A stretch of DNA of 64,000 nt from Acidobacteriota bacterium (GTDB lineage: Bacteria; Acidobacteriota; UBA6911; RPQK01; JADFOI01), in contig OY760074.1 in NCBI GenBank assembly GCA_963663035.1, positions 2,784,001 to 2,848,000 on the forward strand. The letters are read 5' to 3'. Below the pieces are notes generated by a model. It was not told where the DNA came from. It saw only the letters and a program-made list of their open reading frames with translations, and ran no database searches. Both the position numbers and the translations under genes were made by a program. Each line of letters begins with the position of its first letter. Positions within the stretch are counted from its first letter, which is position 1. Below, in pieces: positions 53,130 to 63,429 of the stretch.

Positions 53130-53256
53130 TATTCCCTGATTGTCAGTCTCGATCAAGCGTGCTTTGACCCGTTCAAACTCAGTATTGCTTACAGTTTACT
53201 CTTCCTTCGGAGGCAGGAAAGAGATCTCTTCCTGGACCTTTTCGATCCGACTCTCC
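53130..53256 (-). pseudogene. Degenerate 3' fragment of an M48 peptidase paralog
   Basis: Reverse complement aligns with 61226-61352 (ESRIEKVQEEISFLPPKEE*TVS.TEFERVKARLIE). Confidence 0.85.
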
Positions 53257-53281
53257 AAGGTCGTAATCAGGAGAGTGCGTG

Positions 53282-55887
53282 TTAGTCACTTGAGCGTTTT
53301 AGTTCAAGTGAAGTCGAGAAACTTCCTATTGGGATGCTGATATAGCCGACAATTTGGTCCTTCTTAACCTCGTTGATTACGAGTTCGTACTGAATCCTCT
53401 CGCGTCCCACGTAAAAGAACAAAGGGGTGTTCGTGTACACTTCCTTTTTGTCGAATTGCTTATCGTCGTAAAAGAATCTCAGATCAGCACGGTGTTTCTT
53501 GTAGTCAGCTTTTCTCAGCTGTATGGTAATCCCAGCTACATTGATGTTTTGCTTCTTTCGGGCGTCGAATTGAAGGTAGTCTCTTTCTCCTTGTTGCTTC
53601 AGCTCTTCCAGAGCGTCAAGGTTGGTAGCGACCAGTCTCCCCTGCTCTGTCACGCGGACCCCAATGGCCGCCAGTTCCTGCCATGTTTTCTCCAACTCTT
53701 GTCGACTCGTCTGCACCTCCTCCCGGACCCCTGTGATTTGCTCATCAACTTCTTGAAACTTTGTGCCCGTCTTCTCTTCTAGGTTGACAACCTGTTGGGA
53801 ATCGGCCTTACTGACAATCTGATCAGTGAGTGCGCGTACATCTTGTTCTTGTTCTCTCTTTATTTCCTCAGCTGCAGCGCGCGCTTTTTTTATCTCACTT
53901 TGGGTCACACCAACGCGTTTTTGAACCAACTCAACGTCTCCCGTGAGCACCCCTACCCGTTGGCGATTGTCATCCAGTCGCTCTGCGATTAGGCCTACCA
54001 AGGCGGTGAGCTTGTCGATGTGATTGCTAGCCCGGATTATTCATAAATTCTGAAGAAGGGGTCTGATCGAGGGCACAAAAAGATGCCGTACCTCTTTGAT
54101 ATAAAAGGGGTTATGAAACAACTCCAAACCAAAAAGGTACGGCCCAGCGATGCATCAGTCTGCCAGATCAACTTGCCATCTCACCCTGACAGAAAAGTGG
54201 TGGCTCGATTCGATGGAGGCCGGCTCTCCTCCGATGCCGGGCTGCTGTGTCTGTACGCCCTGGATCAACAGCACGGACTGACGGCTGGCTTTGCCTCCTG
54301 CCTGAAGGACGCTCGAGATAGCCGCTACGTCCGCCACCAGATTCGCGAACTGCTCACCCAGCGCAGCTTTCAGATCGTGGCCGGCTATGAGGACTGCAAC
54401 GATGCCGACAGCTTGCGCTCGGATCCCATCTTCAAGACCGTGTGTGATCGGCTGCCGGAAAGCGATCCGGATCTGGCTTCTCAACCCACGCTGTCGCGAC
54501 TGGAGAACTCGGTGGACTCGAAGGATCTCACTCGCCTGGGACAGTGGCTGCTGGAGACCTACTTGAAGCACCGCAAGAAGAGCCGGCCCGAGAAGATCAT
54601 CCTGGACATCGACAGCACGGATGACGTCACGCATGGGCAGCAGGAGTTCAGCTTTTACCACGGCTATTAGCGCGAGCACATGTATCATCCGCTGCTGCTA
54701 TTCGATGGCGAGACGGGCGATCTGGTATGTGCGCTACTGCGGCCCGGCAACCAGGGGGCGGCCGCCCACGCGGTGGCGGTTCTCAAACGGGTGGTGGCCC
54801 GGATGCGCCAGGTTCTGGGATCCGATGTTCCGATCGAAGTGCGAGCCGACAGTGGCTTTGCGACGCCGGCACTGTACGAGTTCTGTGAGGAGGAAAAACT
54901 GCAGTATGTGGTGGGCTTTGCCCGCAACTCCCGGCTGGCGGCCACCGTCGAGCCCTTGGTTGAGCAGGTGCAAGCAGACTATGACGACTCAGGAGAAAAG
55001 CAACGCCAGTTCACCGAGCTCGTCTATCAGGCCGACAGTTGGGACCGGGAGCGGCGCATGGTGGCCAAGGTGGAAGTGAGCGAGCGCGGGTTCAACCGTC
55101 GCTTTGTGGTCACCAACCGCCAGGATCTCACGGCCGGGCAGCTGTATGACCACTACATCGGACGGGGCCAGTGCGAGAACTTCGTGAAAGCTTTCAAAAA
55201 AGATCTGGCCATGGATCGCTTGAGCTGCCACCGTTTCCTGGCCAACCAGTTCCGACTCTTCATCCACGCCCTGGCCTATGTCTTAATCCTGCGCCTGCGG
55301 GATTACCTGTGCGGGACTCCCTGGCACAACCTGGAGATTGAGACGCTCCGCCGCCGCCTGTTCAAAATCGGTGCCCGGGTTCGGGAAACTTCTCGTCGCA
55401 TCTGGGTGCACCTGGCATCGTCTTATCCCGAACAAAAGCTCTTCGCATTACTGATGCACCGTCTGTGTCCCACCTGACGGTCCCCTGACTCCCTGCGCCA
55501 ACACAGATATACAGCCCCCTGCGGGCCGAGCTGTTTCCGGAAGGGGCTCTCGCTTCATCTCTATTCGGCTCAACAAGCTTGGACGCCTTGTAATCGCACC
55601 TGAACACACTCTCAGCCCTGAACTTCCGCAGAAAATCGACACTCACCCCAAACTTATGAATAATTGCGGCTAGCTTGCTTTTCACGGATTTCGTACTTCT
55701 CATTCATTTGCAAAAGAAGGAAAATGAGTCCAAGACCCAAAAGCAGAGCCGCGGCTGAAAGCACGACAGTAGGCCGGAACTGCTTATGAGAATGTCTTTG
55801 TGACGATCTTATTTTCTCAATCGGATGTTTGACACGTTCTTCCCTGAGCTCCCGAATCTCGCGAAGCTCACCGGACTCGATGTTCAT
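53282..55887 (-). pseudogene. Membrane-anchored coiled-coil protein interrupted by IS1380
   Basis: The 5' part (...TM...EIREKQAS) continues in frame as NHIDKLTALVGLIAER... once the IS and one CTAG are removed. The C-terminal GERDY.QF...YELVINEVKKDQIVGYISIP resembles an Acidobacteria-type family (recollection, not searched). Confidence 0.8.
54031..55669 (+). mobile_element. IS1380-family element; transposase 54083..55477 with TAG at 54668
   Basis: IRs CCCGGATTATTCATAA / TTATGAATAATTGCGG; CTAG duplicated on both sides; FDGGRLSSDAG, LDIDSTDD..HG.QE and RADSGF motifs. Confidence 0.93.
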
Positions 55888-56005
55888 CTTGTTTTTCTCC
55901 TTTGTCAGGTTTCTGGTTCTAGGTTATCCTGCACTCAGATCCGGCATGTTGTGCGCCTATGCTTCACATAGAATCCTCAGGGTGCCCGAGGTGCCTACCG
56001 GGCTG

Positions 56006-57112
56006 TCACTCCAACGAATCGGCCGACTGGCTGCTTGGCACGTCACTGGCACATCGGAATCCCACGTTGTTGAAAGCGTGGTCCGGTGGACTTGCTCCAC
56101 GGAAATGACTGGTAAAGGCCCCACAATAATTGGGGCTGCAAAACCAGCTCCCGCCCCGGGCCACCCTCTTATCCCCTCTTTCCGGACCAGAAGGGTTCTC
56201 TTTCGGAGAGCGCTGGTAGTAGTCAACAGAGTACCAGTCAGCGCTCCACTCCCAAACATTGCCGATCATGTCGTGGAATCCTAAGGCATTCGGTTCAAAC
56301 CGCCCGATAGGGGCCGTATAGTAGTAACCATCCAAGAGATGGTTCCGAACCGGCCAGGTTCCCTGCCACACATTGGCCTGGGTAAGAATTATTTTGGGTG
56401 CATTTCCGGAGGTATGTGCCAAGTGAGCACTGCCATCCCCATCACCCAAGTCGGCTACAAGGTGAGCAGTTTTCCCCGCTCGAGCAGCATATTCCCACTC
56501 CGCTTCACTGGGCAGACGCTTACCCGCCCAGGCGGCGTAACCTGTGGCATCATGCCAACTGACGCAAACCACCGGGTGGTTCATGCGATCCTGGATCGAT
56601 GATTCGGGACCTTCGGGATGAAGCCAGTTGGCTCCTCGCACGTCCAAGAAATCATCTTGGCCCTCTAAGTAAGCCCAGCAGGAATCTTGTCGTTCGGCCT
56701 GAGTTTGGTACCCGGTTGCCTGCACAAATGCAGTGAATTGCCGATTGGTCACTTCAAACCGATCGAGTAAGAACGGTTTCAAGATAACGGGGTGAAGGGG
56801 CCTTTCATCAGTGCTCCCATACTCGAAGCCCATCTGGAACCTACCGCCGGGAATATACACCATCTCATCGAGGACGGGTTCGGTGCTCGGAGAAGCTAAA
56901 ACCGATTGTGCTGAGGCTAGATGGGCATACGGTAATACACTCCGATCACTCCATAAGCCGGGCATCACCGACACCAGTAACAGGACTGCTAGGCAAATCG
57001 ACCACTGAAGTGTCAACCTGACTTTCTTAGGCAATAACCTAAGAGATTCTCTGGGCTTGATCACCTTGATAAAATCTTGCACTTGCTTCGGCTTTCCTCT
57101 TCTCTTTTCCAT
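56006..57112 (-). CDS. Formylglycine-generating enzyme (SUMF1) family protein
   Basis: EVTNRQF, HPVVCVSW.DA, RLPSEAEWEYAAR, GNVWEW, RGGSWFCSPNYC and GFRC motifs; start uncertain. Confidence 0.9.
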   Translation of the reverse strand: MEKRRGKPKQVQDFIKVIKPRESLRLLPKKVRLTLQWSICLAVLLLVSVMPGLWSDRSVLPYAHLASAQSVLASPSTEPVLDEMVYIPGGRFQMGFEYGSTDERPLHPVILKPFLLDRFEVTNRQFTAFVQATGYQTQAERQDSCWAYLEGQDDFLDVRGANWLHPEGPESSIQDRMNHPVVCVSWHDATGYAAWAGKRLPSEAEWEYAARAGKTAHLVADLGDGDGSAHLAHTSGNAPKIILTQANVWQGTWPVRNHLLDGYYYTAPIGRFEPNALGFHDMIGNVWEWSADWYSVDYYQRSPKENPSGPERGDKRVARGGSWFCSPNYCGAFTSHFRGASPPDHAFNNVGFRCASDVPSSQSADSLE

Positions 57113-57172
57113 TTGCTTTTCCCCGATTCAAGATAAGTCGTCCTCTGCCGCGAAGGCAGCGCAATTGAAAGT

Positions 57173-57224
57173 AGCCCCCTTTCAGGACTTCCTCTCTGTT
57201 GGAAGGACACTCTGAAAGAGGGCT
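57173..57224. terminator. Intergenic hairpin downstream of the YHS gene
   Basis: AGCCCCCTTTCAG...CTGAAAGAGGGCT with an inner CTTCC/GGAAG stem. Confidence 0.45.
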
Positions 57225-57255
57225 GTTTCAGTGGAACCAGATTGAGACAAGTTGC

Positions 57256-57801
57256 CTATTCTTCTAGAACCTTCGGCCAATTGTTAGCGGCCTTGGTAAT
57301 GTAGCCGGTAATGTCGGCCTGCCAGATCCTCTGGACTTTTTTGTTTAGATTCAAGTATAGCTTGCCGTTCACAATTTTCCACAGCCGCGGATCCCCATCT
57401 GCGAGAGCACCTTGACTGACGGCATAGGCACAGTAACCTCCATATTGAGGGACGTACCTGTGGGGGTTGCGAGAAAACAGGTCGCGGTTGGCAGCGCTTG
57501 CAAAGTGCCAGGTGGCTCCCTCATACTCGTATGAGAAGCGACTGTGCCCTTGAACTGCCTTGCTTGTTGTAAAGTAGGCCACGGTGTCGAAACCCCTGTT
57601 CGCTACACCATCTGAGTCCTTGTTAATGGCATTGCTTACAGTCGTGTGGCAAGGATTGCAGGGATTGGTCGCCTTTTCGCCGCAGGGGTTAGTCGCCCTT
57701 TTGCCGCAGGCGTTGCAGGGATTCTGGGTGAATGCCGGTGTGGCTGTCATCCAGACAGCGAAGACAGCGAAAACTGCGAGAGTGATTAGGTTACGCTTCA
57801 T
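57256..57801 (-). CDS. Secreted YHS-domain protein with N-terminal NPC repeats
   Basis: GAGGAGG RBS; G.D.VAYF...WHFASAANRDLF...PQYGGYCAYAV...GKLYLN. Confidence 0.88.
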   Translation of the reverse strand: MKRNLITLAVFAVFAVWMTATPAFTQNPCNACGKRATNPCGEKATNPCNPCHTTVSNAINKDSDGVANRGFDTVAYFTTSKAVQGHSRFSYEYEGATWHFASAANRDLFSRNPHRYVPQYGGYCAYAVSQGALADGDPRLWKIVNGKLYLNLNKKVQRIWQADITGYITKAANNWPKVLEE

Positions 57802-58110
57802 CGAAAACCTCCTCAGAAAAAAATGATTTAAGGGGACAACCGGACAGTACGTCAGAGACAAACCCCACAGTGGGGTGTCTCCTGTTTACCGGCAGGCCAT
57901 CGTGTTTTTCTCCCATTTCACCGTCTTTGGATGCGCGGCGGGCTTGAAGATTTGTTGGAGATTGAACAAGGCCTTTTTTTCGCACCTGGCGGTGGGCCGA
58001 TCACACGGCGGGAGGAAGAATCCCAGTTTTGCATTGTTGAAGCAGCGTGTTCTGCTGTCTTCCCCAACTTTAGTAACTGTCTTTGTCTTTATTGGCTGTC
58101 AAGCGTCCAC

Positions 58111-58344
58111 TTAGACGCCTTTCTTCCAGTTACTAAAAACCCGCAGGAGTTTTTCTTTTGCCTCTGACGAGATGTGTTTTTCCTCGAGTTGGCCGACAGT
58201 CTTGATGACTCCCCGCATCTGTTCTAAATAGAGTCGACAAGCCGGGCACTCGGCCAAGTGGTCCTCGAACCGACCAACATCTGAAGCAGGAAGAGAACCC
58301 TCCAGATAGTCGGTGATCAGTTCTACCAGTTCATTGCAATTCAT
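58111..58344 (-). CDS. zf-HC2 anti-sigma factor
   Basis: C.ELVELITDYLEG...HLAECPAC. Confidence 0.88.
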   Translation of the reverse strand: MNCNELVELITDYLEGSLPASDVGRFEDHLAECPACRLYLEQMRGVIKTVGQLEEKHISSEAKEKLLRVFSNWKKGV

Positions 58345-58560
58345 ACTCAAAATTGATGCCCTCGCAACTAGCCTTTAAAACTTAGTCTCGAAAATCTCCA
58401 AAACGTTACAGACTTCTTCAGAGGTCCACCCTTCTACGTTCCGGAGGGTTATGACCATTCGCTGCGCTTCGGGCAAGACTTCGGTAGCCTACCCAAGCGA
58501 ACTCTCCTGCCTCGACTTCACCACTGACAAACGCACTGAAGGGCGCCATGGTAGTGGAAA
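58345..58560 (-). pseudogene. ECF sigma factor region-4 remnant
   Basis: Manual translation LG*ATEVLPEAQRMVITLRNVEGWTSEEVCNVLEI, directly upstream of the anti-sigma gene. Confidence 0.7.
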
Positions 58561-58770
58561 CACAAGGGCCTGTCCACAGACGCCCAGTTCCATCCCCTGT
58601 GACGGATCGGGATTTGGCAGGACTATTCCCTTATAGAAAACAACCAAACAAAAAAAAAGGAGCGCGTCGGTGAAACGAAATCCGCTTTGCCTAGACTGTA
58701 TTTGTGAGCGCAACACGAACTGCAGACGAAAAGAGACAACTAATGATCTACACAGAGAGGGAGAAACGAC

Positions 58771-59730
58771 ATGCTGATTAAGGAACCTACCCAGATCAAG
58801 TCCTCTGAAATAACGGACGAAAAACTCTACCTGAGTCGTCGCCATTTTCTGATGGCAGGTTCAGCAGCTCTTGCAGGTGTGGCCGTTGTGGCTGGAGGCC
58901 GTTTGAGGGGAGGAGAAAGTAAACTCTTGGAAAGCAGCTCTTGGAAACCAGGCGCCAAAGGAGCATTTGATACGCATGAGGAGTTGACACCTTTCAAAGA
59001 CGTGACGACGTACAACAATTACTATGAATTCGGGACCGACAAGGCTTCCCCTGCCCGGTTAGCTCACACCCTAAAGACTAAACCCTGGTCGGTGGCAGTT
59101 GAAGGGGCCGTGGGAAGGCCAGGGATCTACGCCTTGGAAGATCTGCTCTAGCCACATACCTTGGAAGATCGCATCTATCGGCTGCGATGTGTCGAAGGGT
59201 GGTCAATGGTCATTCCATGGCGAGGCTTTCCATTGCGCGATCTAATCAACCGACTGGAGCCGACCTCACACGCTAAGTACGTAGAATTCACCACTCTAAA
59301 CGATCCAGGTCAGATGCCTGGCGTCCGACGACGAGTTCTGGACTGGCCATACCTTGAAGGACTGAGACTGGATGAAGCCATGCACCCGCTCACTATGCTT
59401 GCCGTGGGCCTGTATGGAAAGGAGCTGCCAAACCAGAACGGAGCGCCGCTGAGGCTGGTGGTGCCTTGGAAGTATGGTTTCAAAAGTATCAAATCCATAG
59501 TGAAAATTCGATTCGTTGAAAAGCAACCTGTTACGTCCTGGTCAGCGTCGGCACCTCGTGAGTACGGTTTCTACGCGAACGTCAATCCCCAGGTAGACCA
59601 TCCACGGTGGAGTCAAGCCCGGGAACGACGGATTGGAGAGTTTCGAAAACGAAAGACCTTGATGTTCAATGGCTACGCCGATCAAGTAGCAAGTCTGTAC
59701 TCCGGCATGGACCTTCGAAAGTACTTTTGA
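58771..59730 (+). pseudogene. msrP: Methionine sulfoxide reductase catalytic subunit MsrP with a single in-frame TAG at 59149
   Basis: Tat motif [31 protein letters not shown] and [12 protein letters not shown]; both halves are in the same frame. Confidence 0.92.
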
Positions 59731-59737
59731 AGGGAAG

Positions 59738-60421
59738 TTGGTGATGAAACGCAATCGATCACTTGACAAAGTAATAAGGCCAGCTGTGCTCCTGCTATGC
59801 CTGATGCCCCTGTTCGTTCTGGTCTGGAACGCAACTACAGGCAATCTTAGCGCCAACCCAATTGACGACATCACTGATACCACAGGACGCTGGACGTTGA
59901 GGTTGGTGATGATCACGTTAGCCGTTACCCCACTTCGTCGGATCACTGGCTGGAATGGTGTCATTCGCGTTCGTCGCATGTTGGGTCTGTTTACATTTTT
60001 TTATGGCACGCTCCATTTTGCGACCTATATCTGGTTGGATCAGTTTTTCGGGTTTGAAGAAATCGCCAAGGACGTTCTAAAGCGTCCCTTTATCACCGCT
60101 GGTTTCTTAGCATTTGCTTTAATGGTTCCCTTGGCAATCACGTCGACTCGCGGCTGGATCAAGCGGCTGGGTGGCAAACGATGGCAATTTCTACACCGTT
60201 TGGTCTATATCTCAGCCACCGGCGGGGTGTTGCACTATCTGTGGCTGGTCAAGGCGGATACCCTTTTCCCCTTGATTTACGGGTGCGTTCTATCTTTCCT
60301 GCTTGGACATCGTTTGTGGACGTTCTTAAAACCCCGTTTGTCGTCGTATCGGGAGCCATACTCCGCGTGGAGGCATCTATGGCTCAAAGAATCTACCGGT
60401 CTGGATGCTAGAGCAAGGTAG
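59738..60421 (+). CDS. msrQ: Heme-binding membrane subunit MsrQ
   Basis: TGRW.L...LAVTP...RRMLGL..FFY..LH...KRPFITAG...WQ.LHRLVY. Confidence 0.92.
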   Translation: MVMKRNRSLDKVIRPAVLLLCLMPLFVLVWNATTGNLSANPIDDITDTTGRWTLRLVMITLAVTPLRRITGWNGVIRVRRMLGLFTFFYGTLHFATYIWLDQFFGFEEIAKDVLKRPFITAGFLAFALMVPLAITSTRGWIKRLGGKRWQFLHRLVYISATGGVLHYLWLVKADTLFPLIYGCVLSFLLGHRLWTFLKPRLSSYREPYSAWRHLWLKESTGLDARAR

Positions 60422-60476
60422 TTGGTTCGGAGAAGGCTGTAATAACGTTCAGTTAGTCGAGATAGGAGAAAACCAA

Positions 60477-61493
60477 ATGAGAAGAATTTCACGTATTACC
60501 TCGTTTCTGATGATCTTTGTCATGATGTCCCCTACCGGTGTTTTTGCTGGTCGAAAACATAAGGACGTAGAGAAGATCGGGAATCGCAAGATCAATGGAA
60601 GGATCGCCGGCATCTTTCCCAATTTCATCTCTCAGGAAAAGGAGATTCAGCTGGGTGCCCAGTTTGCTCAGAGTTTTGAGGAGACGGCGCGTCTGGTGGA
60701 AGACCCGGTGGTGACGGAGTATGTCGATCGACTCGGACAGAAGATTGTCAAACATTCGGACGCCGAAGTCCCCTTTGTGATCAAGGTAGTGGACACCGAT
60801 GAAGTGAACGCCTTTGCTTTGCCGGGTGGTTTTCTCTATGTCAACAAGGGGTTGATTCTCGAAGCTGACAATGAATCTGAATTGGCGGGGGTTTTGGCTC
60901 ATGAAATTGCTCACGTGACTGCCCGGCATGCCACTGAGAGGATGACAAAAGGTCAGCTGCTGCAGTTCGCCGCCATTCCCGCTCTTTTCGTGGGAGGAGG
61001 CTTGGCTGGGGTTGGAATTCAAAATGGCTTGGGACTGGGCCTAAATCTGGCAGTCCTGGGAATTACTCGAAAATCTGAGGCAGAAGCTGATCAGTTGGGT
61101 ACACAATACCTCTGGAACACAGAGTACGACCCTCACGGGTTCATTACGTTCTTTGAGAAACTTGAGGCCCGGCAGAAAGAAAAGCCCGGTAAATTCGCGA
61201 GTTATTTTAGAACCCATCCCACCCCGGAGAGTCGGATCGAAAAGGTCCAGGAAGAGATTTCTTTTCTGCCTCCAAAGGAAGAATACACTGTAAGCAGTTC
61301 TGAGTTTGAACGGGTCAAGGCCCGCTTGATCGAGATCGACAAGCAGGGAATAGAACCTGGTGATTCTCAGGGGCAGGTAGAGGCCAAGCGGCCAACTTTG
61401 AAGAGAAAAACCAACACAGATGGGACGGAAAAGGAAAAACCTGCTTTGAAGAAGGAACGCCCCACCTTGAAGAGGACAACGGGATCGGGTTGA
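60477..61493 (+). CDS. M48-family metallopeptidase (BepA-like)
   Basis: VNAFALPGG, LAHEIAHV, EAEADQLG and THP motifs; AGGAG RBS. Confidence 0.92.
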   Translation: MRRISRITSFLMIFVMMSPTGVFAGRKHKDVEKIGNRKINGRIAGIFPNFISQEKEIQLGAQFAQSFEETARLVEDPVVTEYVDRLGQKIVKHSDAEVPFVIKVVDTDEVNAFALPGGFLYVNKGLILEADNESELAGVLAHEIAHVTARHATERMTKGQLLQFAAIPALFVGGGLAGVGIQNGLGLGLNLAVLGITRKSEAEADQLGTQYLWNTEYDPHGFITFFEKLEARQKEKPGKFASYFRTHPTPESRIEKVQEEISFLPPKEEYTVSSSEFERVKARLIEIDKQGIEPGDSQGQVEAKRPTLKRKTNTDGTEKEKPALKKERPTLKRTTGSG

Positions 61494-61582
61494 AAAGGAC
61501 CGAATCCCAACCCTAGACGTCGGTAGCCGGTCTTGGTGAATTTAGCGCAGCTGTTTAAACGATTGATTTCAGGAAGGTTAAA

Positions 61583-61659
<77 letters not shown>

Positions 61660-61705
61660 GCGTGGTCTGGGATTCGGGCTTTCATGGGCATTATATAGAG
61701 AAGTA

Positions 61706-63106
61706 CTACTTGGGAGCAAAGGGGAGTTCGAATTCCTCCAGGTACTCCGGAATTTCGATCTTTGATGTGAGGACCTTTTCCAGTTTCCCTTTCAGTACCT
61801 CCTGGACCTCCGGTTCTCCGTGAACGAGAAAAACCCGAGAGGGAGGTTCTTTCAGATGACTCACCCACTCCACAAGGCCCTTCGAGTCCGCATGGGCAGA
61901 TAAGGCGTCCAGCTGCTCGATGCGAGCCTTCACCGGTATCCGCTTTCCGTGAATCTTAATCTCTCTTTTCCCTTCCAAAATGAGCCGGCCCAGGGAACCC
62001 TCTGGCTGGTAACCCACAAACAACAGCGTGTTGCGGTGATCGGGTAGGCGTGTCTTGAGATGGTGGAGGATGCGACCGCCAGCCAGATTACCGCTGGCCG
62101 AGAGAATGATACAGGGGCCCTTTCGCTGGTTCAGAGCCTTGGATTCTTCAGTCGTCTTTACCAGGCGAATGCTGCCCGTTTCCAGAGGACAAGCATCATC
62201 CATCAACTGCTCCATTTCAAAGTCGTGCTCGTCCAGGTGGCTGCAGTAGAGAGAAACGGCACTGACCGCCATGGGACTGTCCAGAAAAGTCGGCAGGACC
62301 GGTATTCTCTTTGCTGTCTCCAATTGGCGAAGGAGATAGAGCACACGCTGGCTCCTCCCTATGGCAAAGCAGGGAATAACCATACTTCCTCCAGCTTGAA
62401 CGGTTCGCTCAATAGAAATCTGTAGAGTGGAGAGGATATCGAACTCTTCATGATCGCGGTCTCCATAGGTAGACTCGATCAGTAAAAAGTCCGCTCGCTC
62501 TATGGTCTCCGGGTCCTTGATGACAGGTTGGTGGTATCTGCCCAGATCGCCTGTGGAAAACAAAACCGTTTGAGCGCCGTTTTGCGAATAGGTCAATCTG
62601 ATCATGGCCGAACCCAGGATATGGCCAGCGTGAAAATACTCGAAGTTCAAATGCTCCGACAGCTGGTGAGGCTGATGATAGGGAACAGTTTTCAAGGTTT
62701 TTAAGACCTCTCTCGCCTCAGCCTCTGTGTATAGCGGCAGGGCCGGGTCGTGACGAGAGTACTTCTTCTTATTGGCAAAGGCAGCATCGCGTTCCTGGAG
62801 GTGACCTGAATCCGGCAACAGAAGCGAAAGGAGACTTGCCGTTGCGGGGGTACAGTAGACCGGCCCCCTAAAGCCTTCCTTGAGCAAACGAGGAAGATAT
62901 CCTGAGTGGTCAATGTGAGCATGGGTGAGAATGACTCCGTCCAGACTGTCAGGAGAAACGGGAAAAGGATCCCAGTTTCGCTTCCTGATGGCTCTCCCGC
63001 CTTGAAAAAGCCCACAGTCAATCAACAGACGTTTGCCGTCGATTCCCAGAAGAAAGCGAGATCCGGTCACCGTCTGAGCTGCTCCAAGAAATTGCAGGGT
63101 AAACAT
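61706..63106 (-). CDS. Beta-CASP MBL-fold metallo-hydrolase (YSH1-like RNase)
   Basis: THAHIDHSG, AGHILGS, ESTYG, FAIGRSQ, SAHAD and VHGE motifs. Confidence 0.93.
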   Translation of the reverse strand: MFTLQFLGAAQTVTGSRFLLGIDGKRLLIDCGLFQGGRAIRKRNWDPFPVSPDSLDGVILTHAHIDHSGYLPRLLKEGFRGPVYCTPATASLLSLLLPDSGHLQERDAAFANKKKYSRHDPALPLYTEAEAREVLKTLKTVPYHQPHQLSEHLNFEYFHAGHILGSAMIRLTYSQNGAQTVLFSTGDLGRYHQPVIKDPETIERADFLLIESTYGDRDHEEFDILSTLQISIERTVQAGGSMVIPCFAIGRSQRVLYLLRQLETAKRIPVLPTFLDSPMAVSAVSLYCSHLDEHDFEMEQLMDDACPLETGSIRLVKTTEESKALNQRKGPCIILSASGNLAGGRILHHLKTRLPDHRNTLLFVGYQPEGSLGRLILEGKREIKIHGKRIPVKARIEQLDALSAHADSKGLVEWVSHLKEPPSRVFLVHGEPEVQEVLKGKLEKVLTSKIEIPEYLEEFELPFAPK

Positions 63107-63141
63107 CAGTCAGACAGACTTACTGGAAAGCATCCTGCTAG

Positions 63142-63345
63142 CCCGGATTATGCATAGGTTCTTGTTACGAAGCGACGAAAGCGCCGCCCTGACAAGGCGC
63201 GCGAGGGGTACCCGCCACGGGTCGGCCCCCGCAAACGTACTCTTGAGTACGTTGAGGAGCCGAGGGGTACCCGCTTGCGGGTCGCGCAACACAGTCAGGT
63301 CGGATGATTTCGTCGCTGCAGTAGAGAACTTATGCATAGTCCGGG
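63142..63345. mobile_element. 204-bp MITE with IS1380-like termini and nested palindromes
   Basis: Left end CCCGGATTATGCATAGGTTCT versus right-end reverse complement CCCGGACTATGCATAAGTTCT; preceded by CTAG as at 54027. Confidence 0.75.
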
Positions 63346-63429
63346 CTTTGAGGGTGAGTTTGACAGCAGGAATTTGGGAATGACAGTATACTCCCATGGC
63401 GTCAGAGTTAATGAGAAAGGAGCCGATCC

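Noticed and set aside
57256-57801. YHS protein as a selenoprotein
   Set aside because: The GGYC position is a Cys codon and there is no in-frame TGA.
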